From Endomicrobium sp. (GTDB lineage: Bacteria; Elusimicrobiota; Endomicrobiia; Endomicrobiales; Endomicrobiaceae): 64,000 nucleotides of DNA. Both the position numbers and the translations under genes were made by a program. The notes under the pieces were generated by a model. That model worked only from the letters and a program-made list of their open reading frames with translations. It searched no databases and was not told the DNA's origin. The stretch spans positions 66,531 to 130,530 of the forward strand of contig JAISAS010000004.1 in assembly GCA_031266535.1 (NCBI GenBank), in the 5' to 3' direction. Positions 56,006 to 64,000 of the stretch are shown here, one piece after another (within the stretch, counting starts at the first letter, position 1; each line of letters begins with the position of its first letter).

Positions 56006-57757
56006 TTATTTTCCAGAACCTTTTAAAAAAATTGTTAATTTTTTATATTCATCAAAAATTTTTTCATCCCTTTCTCTTTTTCCATCACTCATTAAAAGAA
56101 TTTCTCTTTCAAGATATCGTCTTTTATTTTTAAGTCTACATAATTTAATATCATTCAAAAGAATATTAAAAGTTTCTTCAATGTCACTATATTCTATAGA
56201 ACTCAGCATAAGTTCGGAAAACCAATTCTTATCATTATCTGGTAAAACATTTAATATTTCAGCATTACTTAAACCAGAGTTTGCAAATTCAAAAACCTTT
56301 TTACATTTTAGATCTTTAAAACAATTAAAATTAATTTTTTTAATATAACTTTTATTGCTCAAAATAAAATTTAAAAGACTTTCTTCCAAAGACATCAAAC
56401 CTATTTTATTTGTGACAAAATAAGGTGTAAAATTTTTAGTATTAAATTTTTTAAATTCCAACTGTTGTTTTTTTTTAAATTCTCTCCAAACATCTTCTTC
56501 ATTAACATTTATTCGATGTGATATATTTTTTATATACTCTCGCTGAATTATAGAATTAGAACTTTTTGTTACAAAATTTAAAAGATTTATAACAATTTTT
56601 GCTTTTACTTCAGGAGAACTACTTTTCTCTAAAAAATTACCACACATTCTTGAAATTACAAAATCTATTGCATTTTTAGAACTATCTTCAACAAGTTTTA
56701 AAAAATTTTCCTTACCATATTGTACTATATATTCATCAGCATCAACATTTTCAGGTAAAGATGACACTCTACATTCTACTCCATTTTCGATTAAGATTTC
56801 AAGAGCTTTTTGTGTAGCAAATCTTCCAGCATCATCAGAATCAAAAAGTAATGTAGTAATATCCGAATATCTTGAAATCAATTTTACGTGATTTTGAGTA
56901 AATGCTGTTCCAAGCGTAGCAACTGTGCCAACTACTCCAAACTGTTGCAAAATAATAACATCCATATATCCTTCAAGAATAATTATTTTCCTTTCACTGC
57001 GAAGCCCTTGTAAAGTTTGAAATAATCCATAAAGATTTGACGATTTCGAATAAATAATAGTCTCAGGAGTATTCAGGTACTTTAAATGTTTATCTGTAAT
57101 AGATCTTCCTCCAAACGCAATAACCTTACCATAAACATCAAAAATAGGAAAAACTATCCTATCAGACATATACTCCCAAAAAGTCCCGTTACTCGTTTTT
57201 TTTATCAAACCAGAATTCACAAGATCCGTACAAGTATAACCTCTTCTTAAAGCCAAACCTAAAAACATACCGCTAGGTGCAAATCCAAGCTTAAATTTAT
57301 TTATAGTTTCATAATTAACACCACGTTCTTTAAAATATTTTCTTGCTTTTTCAGCATATATACTCTCAAGTAAACATTTATGATAAAACACAGCAGAACT
57401 CTCCAAAATATCAAGAAGCTTCATCTTTTCAGACATTTTGGTTTTTACTATAAATTTTTGATTTAATTCTTGTACTTTTATATTTGCCTTTTCAGCAAGT
57501 TTTTTTACAGACTCAATCCATGATAAATTATCTATCAACATAATGAACTTAAAAACATCTCCAGCTACATTACATCCAAAACATCTAAAGATTCCTTTTT
57601 CTGGGCTTACTATAAAAGAAGGTGTTTTTTCGTTGTGAAACGGACAGAATCCTTTCCAATTACGTCCTATTCTTTTTAAATCAGGCAAGTACTCTCTTAT
57701 AACAGACTCTATATTACTCGAAAGTCTTATCTTTTCGATTATATTTTCGGATATCAT
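56006..57757 (-). CDS. dnaG: DNA primase
   Basis: [11 protein letters not shown]...CFGC zinc finger, [20 protein letters not shown]. Confidence 0.97.
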   Translation of the reverse strand: MISENIIEKIRLSSNIESVIREYLPDLKRIGRNWKGFCPFHNEKTPSFIVSPEKGIFRCFGCNVAGDVFKFIMLIDNLSWIESVKKLAEKANIKVQELNQKFIVKTKMSEKMKLLDILESSAVFYHKCLLESIYAEKARKYFKERGVNYETINKFKLGFAPSGMFLGLALRRGYTCTDLVNSGLIKKTSNGTFWEYMSDRIVFPIFDVYGKVIAFGGRSITDKHLKYLNTPETIIYSKSSNLYGLFQTLQGLRSERKIIILEGYMDVIILQQFGVVGTVATLGTAFTQNHVKLISRYSDITTLLFDSDDAGRFATQKALEILIENGVECRVSSLPENVDADEYIVQYGKENFLKLVEDSSKNAIDFVISRMCGNFLEKSSSPEVKAKIVINLLNFVTKSSNSIIQREYIKNISHRINVNEEDVWREFKKKQQLEFKKFNTKNFTPYFVTNKIGLMSLEESLLNFILSNKSYIKKINFNCFKDLKCKKVFEFANSGLSNAEILNVLPDNDKNWFSELMLSSIEYSDIEETFNILLNDIKLCRLKNKRRYLEREILLMSDGKRERDEKIFDEYKKLTIFLKGSGK

Positions 57758-57765
57758 TATTTTTC

Positions 57766-58722
57766 TTATTTTCTGAATCTTTTAAATCCAGAACATTCTA
57801 CAAATTCAAGTTTTTTAATTCTTTTTTCCAATTTATCAAAAAGTAAATTCAATCCCAAATTATCAGACGAAATATGTCCTGCCAAAACAATATTAATGTG
57901 ATACTTTTCTGCTTCTTTTAAAGATTTTGAACTTAAATGCATAACAACAATTGTCCCTATTCCTACAGCTGAAAGCTTTTCAAAAGATTCGATAGGTCCT
58001 TCAGTACCACCAGTCATATCTATGAATACTTTACCACAACGCGAATAGTCACTTCCACTTAAAATATACGGAGCACTTCCAATCTTTGAAGCATGTCTGT
58101 ACTCTGGGTATTTGTTCAACAACTCAATAATTTCCTTTAAATATATTGGGCGTAAAGTGTCAACAATACTTTGTAAAAACGTAGTAACATGATTGTCAGC
58201 AACAGTATGTGCTGTCATTATAGGTATATTTAAAAGCTTAGCAGCATCAAAAACTCTTTCACTGTTCTGCGGAAGCACATTTCTCTTTACTTCTTCCATC
58301 CTTTTAGAAACAATTTTCTCAGAAATATTTATAGGAACACCTTGTTTATTTAAGATATCAGCATGCATCCCTAAAATACCATAAAAAGTAGAATAAGCGT
58401 AACCCTCTGGATGATGAGCAATAACTAAATCAATTTTAACTCCAGAACCAATGAGTTGTTTTGCAAGTAAAATTTCCTGAGTTTCTATATCTATACCAAC
58501 CATAACAGTTTTAACGTCTATATTTTCATCCCCATAAATAATCCTTGAATCATAATATGGGTTCGTAAGACTTTCAATATCATAACTTTCCTTTTTTTTA
58601 TCTACAAGCATATCATATTCTTTTTTACGTTTTAATAAATCCATTTTAACAACATCTATACCACGAGGATCAACTTCAATTCCTTCTTTTATGAAAAACT
58701 CATGTATTTCTTTCAATTTCAT
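57766..58722 (-). CDS. NIF3 (NGG1p-interacting factor 3) family metal-binding protein
   Basis: NPYYDSRI, VGID, AHHPEG, HTVADNH, DMTGGT, AGHISSDNLG. Confidence 0.85.
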   Translation of the reverse strand: MKLKEIHEFFIKEGIEVDPRGIDVVKMDLLKRKKEYDMLVDKKKESYDIESLTNPYYDSRIIYGDENIDVKTVMVGIDIETQEILLAKQLIGSGVKIDLVIAHHPEGYAYSTFYGILGMHADILNKQGVPINISEKIVSKRMEEVKRNVLPQNSERVFDAAKLLNIPIMTAHTVADNHVTTFLQSIVDTLRPIYLKEIIELLNKYPEYRHASKIGSAPYILSGSDYSRCGKVFIDMTGGTEGPIESFEKLSAVGIGTIVVMHLSSKSLKEAEKYHINIVLAGHISSDNLGLNLLFDKLEKRIKKLEFVECSGFKRFRK

Positions 58723-58753
58723 TTAAAAACTCCTATATTAATTATTCTCATAA

Positions 58754-58960
58754 TTACTTAGCTAATCTATTATCTTTAAGCATTTTACGACGAATTTTTC
58801 TTTTTATTTCTGCATTTTTCTCTTTTTTCAAAACACTCGGAGATTTATAAAATTCACGTTTTTTTATCTCCTGCATAACTCCATTCTTCTCACATTCTCT
58901 TTTAAATCGCCTAACAACTTCCTCAATAGTTTCACCTTCTCGTACTTTAACATTAACCAT
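58754..58960 (-). CDS. rpsU: 30S ribosomal protein S21
   Basis: VKVREGETIE...RRFKR...KREFYKSPS. Confidence 0.95.
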   Translation of the reverse strand: MVNVKVREGETIEEVVRRFKRECEKNGVMQEIKKREFYKSPSVLKKEKNAEIKRKIRRKMLKDNRLAK

Positions 58961-58995
58961 TTTTTTAAAACACCACCTCTCTTAAATTTTTCACA

Positions 58996-59355
58996 TCATC
59001 CAGGTGGCCACGCAAAAATACGCCCACCAAGAAGATGATAGTGCATATGAAAAACTGTTTGTCCAGCATCATAACCACAATTACTTACCACACGAAATCC
59101 ATTATTTAATTCTGAAAATTGCTTTGCTATTTTTGCTATAAGAAGCTGAATACATCCCAACATTACTTTATCACCATCCGACGCTACACTTAAATCACTT
59201 ATATGTTTTTTTGGAATAACTACAACATGAACAGGTGACTGCGGATTTATGTCTTTAAAAGCAAAAAACTCTTCATCTTCATAAACCTTATCAGATCTAA
59301 CATCACCATTACCTATTCTACAGAAAATACAATTACTCAGCAAACCATTTAACAT
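58996..59355 (-). CDS. Histidine triad (HIT) nucleotide-binding protein
   Basis: CIFCRI, FKDINPQSPVH, AGQTVFHMHYHLLGGR, WPPG. Confidence 0.95.
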   Translation of the reverse strand: MLNGLLSNCIFCRIGNGDVRSDKVYEDEEFFAFKDINPQSPVHVVVIPKKHISDLSVASDGDKVMLGCIQLLIAKIAKQFSELNNGFRVVSNCGYDAGQTVFHMHYHLLGGRIFAWPPG

Positions 59356-59597
59356 TCATAAACCTCAGCACAGAGAGTGTATTAAATTATAAAAAAAATA
59401 TCAAGCATAAAAGCATCAAATTTCTTAAAATGAAATAAGCTTTATTAGATAAATTAAGATAAATTAAATTCAAAATATTTTTTTAACAAAAATCAAATTG
59501 AAATTTTTTAAATTTAAATGCTATCATTAATTTGATCGGTACATATATAAAACAATAAGATGTATAATATTTCCAATAATACAGGAATGTCTTGGAT

Positions 59598-59951
59598 ATG
59601 CCAATATCATACAAAAGATCAGTAAGAGTTGGGGAACTTATACAACATACTGTTTCTAAGTTAGTAAAAAATATCAAAGAATTAAACACAAAATTTATTA
59701 CAATCACGGAAGTTAAACTCACAGATGATTTATTGAATTGTAAAATCTATTATTCAGTGTTTGGTTCACAAAAAGATAAAAATAAAGCAAATAATATATT
59801 GAATAAAAATACAAAAAAGATAAGATGTGAATTAGCTTCAATTTTAAATTTAAGATTAACTCCAAAAATATTATTTATTCATGATAATACTAATGAAAAT
59901 GCTACAAGAATATTTAATATTCTAGATCAAATAAAAAAACAAGAAAATTAA
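59598..59951 (+). CDS. rbfA: Ribosome-binding factor A
   Basis: RSVRVGE, ITEVKLTDDL, LRLTPKILFIHD. Confidence 0.92.
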   Translation: MPISYKRSVRVGELIQHTVSKLVKNIKELNTKFITITEVKLTDDLLNCKIYYSVFGSQKDKNKANNILNKNTKKIRCELASILNLRLTPKILFIHDNTNENATRIFNILDQIKKQEN

Positions 59952-60030
59952 ATTGTATTCTCAGCAACATGTTGTTTATTTTTGAATTTTGTTGTTCAAT
60001 AATTTAGTAAAAATAAGAGTTAATTTATCC

Positions 60031-61008
60031 ATGTTAAAAAAAATCGCTGGTATTTCTAAAATAATAAAAGAGTCAAAAACATTTTTTATTGCTGGACATA
60101 TAAAAACTGACGGTGATAGTCTTGGATCATCTTTGGCACTAGCTTCTGTATTAAATAGACTTGGTAAAAAAGCTTCAGTTTATTATGCTGACGAAATACC
60201 AAATTCTTTAAAATTTCTGAAAGGATCCAATAAGATAAAAAAATTAGCTAAAAAAACAGATACATTTGATTGTGCTATAATCTTAGAATCATTAAATTTT
60301 ATGAGAATTGGAAATATAATTTCCCCTAAACAAGCAAAAAAAATAATAAACATAGATCATCATATGTCACATACAAATTTTGGCACAATTAATTACATAG
60401 TACCATCATCAGCTTCAACAGCAGAACTAGTTTTTAATATTTTAGAATATATGAAAATTAAACTTACAAAAAGTGAAGCTGAAAACCTATATACCGGAAT
60501 ATTAACTGATACAGGTTGTTTCAGGCAAACAAATACTACAGCTGAAGCACATATTATATGTGCAAAACTCATGCGGTTTGGTATAAATGTAAATACAATT
60601 TATAAAAAAATTTATGAAAAAAACTCTATTAATTCTTTAAAATTGTACGGAATTGCTCTTCGTGGAATAAAAACAATGATCAACAACAAAGTCTCTTATA
60701 TTACTTTAACAAAAGATATGTTCAAAGAAAGTGGAGCAAAAGATAACGATTCTCATGGTATAATAGATTATACTTTAAAAATAAAAAATGTAAAAATAGG
60801 TTGTCTTTTTAAGGAGATAGATAATAATGTTACAAAAGTTAGTTGCAGATCCGTAAAAAATTTTGACATCCTCAAAATTGTTAAAATATTTGGAGGTGGA
60901 GGACATAAAAATGCTGCAGGATGTATAGTAAATTCTACAATTAATGACACAATAAAAATAATAAGTAATATTTTAGAGAAATGCTTTGATAAAACATTAG
61001 GAATATGA
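60031..61008 (+). CDS. nrnA: DHH/DHHA1 phosphoesterase (NrnA-like)
   Basis: HIKTDGDSLGS, NIDHH, TDTG, SCRS, GGGHKNAAG. Confidence 0.9.
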   Translation: MLKKIAGISKIIKESKTFFIAGHIKTDGDSLGSSLALASVLNRLGKKASVYYADEIPNSLKFLKGSNKIKKLAKKTDTFDCAIILESLNFMRIGNIISPKQAKKIINIDHHMSHTNFGTINYIVPSSASTAELVFNILEYMKIKLTKSEAENLYTGILTDTGCFRQTNTTAEAHIICAKLMRFGINVNTIYKKIYEKNSINSLKLYGIALRGIKTMINNKVSYITLTKDMFKESGAKDNDSHGIIDYTLKIKNVKIGCLFKEIDNNVTKVSCRSVKNFDILKIVKIFGGGGHKNAAGCIVNSTINDTIKIISNILEKCFDKTLGI

Positions 61009-61018
61009 ATATTGTTGC

Positions 61019-61750
61019 ATGGAGAATAATTTTCTGTATAATAATTTTTCAGGTCTACTTCTTATAGACAAACCGTACGGGATTACTTCATTTAAAATTA
61101 CTAATAAAATTAAAAAAATTTTAAATGTTAAGAAAACAGGACACTGTGGTACTTTAGATCCTAATGCTAGTGGGCTTCTACTTATTCTTATAGATAAAGC
61201 TACAAAGTTACATGACAAATTTATAAAAAAAGATAAAATTTATACAAGCTCTTTTATTTTAGGAATTGTAACCAATACATATGATTTATCAGGTAATATA
61301 ATTTCAAAAATAGACGTCACAAATATAAATATTAATAAAATAAAAACAGCCATAGAAACACTTAAAGGTAAAATTTACCAAGTACCTCCTATGTATTCAG
61401 CTTTAAAATATAAAGGCAAAAAACTTTATGAACTTGCAAGAAAAGGAATTGAAATTGAAAGAAAACCTAGAGAAATTATAATAAAACAATTTGATATACT
61501 ATCCTACAAAGAAAACGTTATAGAAGTAAAAATAAAATGCTCAAGTGGAACATATATAAGAGCGTTAGCTTATGATTTGGGTAACATTTTAGGATGTGGA
61601 GCAACAGTTAAGTCTATAAGAAGAGAAAAAATTGATATATTTGATGTTAAAAATGCATTAAAATTTGAACATACTAAATATGATGTTGATATAATAATAA
61701 AAAAAATTATAAGATACGAAGAACTCATAAAATGGTTAGAAGGTCAGTAA
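61019..61750 (+). CDS. truB: tRNA pseudouridine(55) synthase
   Basis: DKP, GHCGTLDPNASG, QVPPMYSALK, CSSGTYIR. Confidence 0.96.
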   Translation: MENNFLYNNFSGLLLIDKPYGITSFKITNKIKKILNVKKTGHCGTLDPNASGLLLILIDKATKLHDKFIKKDKIYTSSFILGIVTNTYDLSGNIISKIDVTNININKIKTAIETLKGKIYQVPPMYSALKYKGKKLYELARKGIEIERKPREIIIKQFDILSYKENVIEVKIKCSSGTYIRALAYDLGNILGCGATVKSIRREKIDIFDVKNALKFEHTKYDVDIIIKKIIRYEELIKWLEGQ

Positions 61751-62592
61751 TAACTATAGGAACTTTTGATGGAGTACATAAAGGTCATAAGTTACTCATT
61801 AATAAAACTCTGATTATCGCAAAAAAATACAATTTAATAAGCATAATTGTCATGCTTGAGAAACCTGTTAAGAGTGTACACGGACTTCTTACAACATATA
61901 AAGAAAAATTAGAAAAAATTAAATTATTTGGAATGGATAAAATTTTTGTTATAAAAGTTCCCTCAAAAATTTTATCTTGTTATCCTGAGGAGTTTTTTAA
62001 TAAATTTTTGTGCAGTACTCTTAATATTGAAAGAATAGTCTGTGGACCTGATTTTGCCTTTGGTAAAAATAAAAATGGTAATGTTGAATGGCTCAAAAAA
62101 AAGAATGTAAAGATATGTGTAATCAAACCCTTAAAATATGTTTCAAAACAAATTTCTTCATCCCTCATAAGAACATTAATAGAAGAGGGTGATATTAAAA
62201 AAGTAGCAAAATTACTTGGTAGGAATTATTCCTTCACCGGAATTCCTTTTAAGGGAAAAGGAATTGGTAGTAAACTCGGATTTCCTACTATAAATCTTCG
62301 TATATCAAAAGAAAAACTACTCCCTAAGGGGGTATATGTAAGCATTATAACTCAAAAAAATATAATGTATCCTTCAATTACAAATATAGGGACACGACCA
62401 ACTTTCAATCAAAAAAATAAGATTGTTCCAGAAATTCATATTTTAAATTTTAAAAAAATGTGGAAAAAATCAAAGAGTGAAGTAATACTCTTAAAAAAAA
62501 TAAGAAATGAAAAAAAATTCATAAATGTAAAATTACTCACAACTCAAATTGTGAAGGATGTTTCAAAAGCAATACATTTTTTTAAGTTATAA
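61732..62592 (+). CDS. ribF: Bifunctional riboflavin kinase/FAD synthetase
   Basis: IGTFDGVHKGH, ISSS-IR, LGFPTIN, NIGTRPT, IRNEKKF. Confidence 0.95.
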   Translation: MVRRSVITIGTFDGVHKGHKLLINKTLIIAKKYNLISIIVMLEKPVKSVHGLLTTYKEKLEKIKLFGMDKIFVIKVPSKILSCYPEEFFNKFLCSTLNIERIVCGPDFAFGKNKNGNVEWLKKKNVKICVIKPLKYVSKQISSSLIRTLIEEGDIKKVAKLLGRNYSFTGIPFKGKGIGSKLGFPTINLRISKEKLLPKGVYVSIITQKNIMYPSITNIGTRPTFNQKNKIVPEIHILNFKKMWKKSKSEVILLKKIRNEKKFINVKLLTTQIVKDVSKAIHFFKL

Positions 62593-62671
62593 TATAAATA
62601 TTAATATACAGATAAAAGTTTAAAAAACATGAATTTTAATACAGCAAACATGGAGAGTATTACCAGTTTAT

Positions 62672-64000
62672 ATGAATTATTTAAAAGAAGATACTATTGC
62701 AGCATTATCAACTGCTGCGGGGAGATCCGCAATAGCTGTTATAAGATTATCCGGAAAAAATTCGTTTAAAATTATAAATAGAATATTCCAAACTAACTCA
62801 AAATCAAATCAGCAAGTTAAACATGGATATATATTAGATAAAACAGAAAAAAAAGATGAAGTAATATGTATTTTTTTTAAAAATCCTTATACATATACTG
62901 GAGAAGATTTAGTAGAAATTATGGTACATGGAAATCCTGTAATAATAGACATAGTTTTACAACTTTTATATAAAAATGGAGCAAGGCCAGCAGAACCTGG
63001 AGAATTTACGTACAGAGCCTTTTTAAATGGGAAGATGGATCTTACAAAAGCAGAAGCAGTATGTGCTCTAATAACAAGTAAAACAAAAATGTCAACAAAA
63101 ACTGCCTTAAATAATATCTCAGGAGAATTCTCATCGCAAATAAAAAATATTAATAACATTCTTACAAATCTTGTCGCCTTTATAGAAGTTAATCTTGACT
63201 ATCCTGATGAAGATATACTCCCTTTATCACAAAATGAAAAAATCTCAAAAATTAATTTTTGTATCGAAAATGTACAAAATTTTTTAAAATCGTATGAAAT
63301 AAGCAAAACTTTACATCAAGGAATAAAAGTAACTATTATAGGAAAACCTAATACGGGTAAATCATCTTTGCTAAACGCAATTTTAAATAAAAATAGGGCT
63401 ATTGTTACAGATATTGCTGGAACTACAACAGATACTATAGAAGAAACAATAGAATGGCAAGGTATATCAATCACAATAGTAGACACTGCTGGCATAAAAT
63501 ATCACACAAAAAATTTAATAGAACTATTAGGACAGGAAAGAACTAAAAAAGCCGCAATTAAAACAGATATATTGATATGGTTGTTTGATAATTCCTCAAA
63601 ACTAGATAAAAATGATATAGAAATAGCAAATTTTTTAATGAAATCCAACATAAATATTCCAGTTATAGGTACACTAAACAAATGCGATATTAAATCAAAT
63701 TTATTTTTAGAAAATAATTTTCCTTTAAATTTTACTTTTGTAGATTTTGTTAAAATATCAGCCAAAACCAAAACCGGAATTTTTAATTTATTAAATACAA
63801 TTATCAAAATTTCTGTATCCGAAAACTATGAAAATAATAATATAATGATAAATACTCGTCATTTTATGTTACTACAAAATACTTTTAAGTCATTGATAAA
63901 TGCAAAAAAAGCATTATCTGAACAATTCGATGAGATTGCATGCTTTGAAATAACAGTAGCACAAACATCGCTAAATGAAATTTTAGGAATAAATATTAAA
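62672..64000 (+). CDS. mnmE: tRNA modification GTPase MnmE (runs off the window end; not in ORF track)
   Basis: MNYLKEDTIAALSTA, IRLSG, YTGED-VEI-HG, AEPGEFT-RAFLNGKMDL, GKPNTGKSSL, GTTTD, DTAG. Confidence 0.96.
   Translation, partial: MNYLKEDTIAALSTAAGRSAIAVIRLSGKNSFKIINRIFQTNSKSNQQVKHGYILDKTEKKDEVICIFFKNPYTYTGEDLVEIMVHGNPVIIDIVLQLLYKNGARPAEPGEFTYRAFLNGKMDLTKAEAVCALITSKTKMSTKTALNNISGEFSSQIKNINNILTNLVAFIEVNLDYPDEDILPLSQNEKISKINFCIENVQNFLKSYEISKTLHQGIKVTIIGKPNTGKSSLLNAILNKNRAIVTDIAGTTTDTIEETIEWQGISITIVDTAGIKYHTKNLIELLGQERTKKAAIKTDILIWLFDNSSKLDKNDIEIANFLMKSNINIPVIGTLNKCDIKSNLFLENNFPLNFTFVDFVKISAKTKTGIFNLLNTIIKISVSENYENNNIMINTRHFMLLQNTFKSLINAKKALSEQFDEIACFEITVAQTSLNEILGINIK

Overview
A very AT-rich (roughly 25% GC by eye), gene-dense housekeeping segment of a reduced bacterial chromosome using genetic code 11. 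Gene content, an archaeal-type DnaK and pseudogene erosion point to an Elusimicrobiota/Endomicrobiaceae-like endosymbiont; this taxonomy is inference. It contains hisS(3')/trpS/argS/gltX, hrcA-grpE-dnaK-dnaJ with a CIRCE operator, rpmH-rnpA-yidD-yidC, a CCA-adding enzyme, four tRNAs without encoded CCA, a full F1Fo operon, yebC-ruvCAB, asd, pckG/ndk/pssA/psd, deaD, a decaying purC-purL-purQ cluster, part of the dcw cluster, RNase P RNA, rpsU-NIF3-dnaG-rpoD and rbfA-nrnA-truB-ribF-mnmE(5'). I found no CRISPR array, IS element or prophage, and no clearly new multi-gene system. The most notable observations are: a canonical 28-bp XerCD dif site at 27859-27886 where gene-strand bias flips, which puts the usually origin-linked rpmH/yidC and mnmE genes near the terminus with no adjacent dnaA; an RNase P RNA with non-canonical architecture and an altered P4; an ATP synthase operon that looks Patescibacteria/Chloroflexi-like; staged decay of purine genes; a tiny FmdB-like gene with compensating frameshifts; and an unassigned 22-bp palindrome inside a sigma70 promoter.
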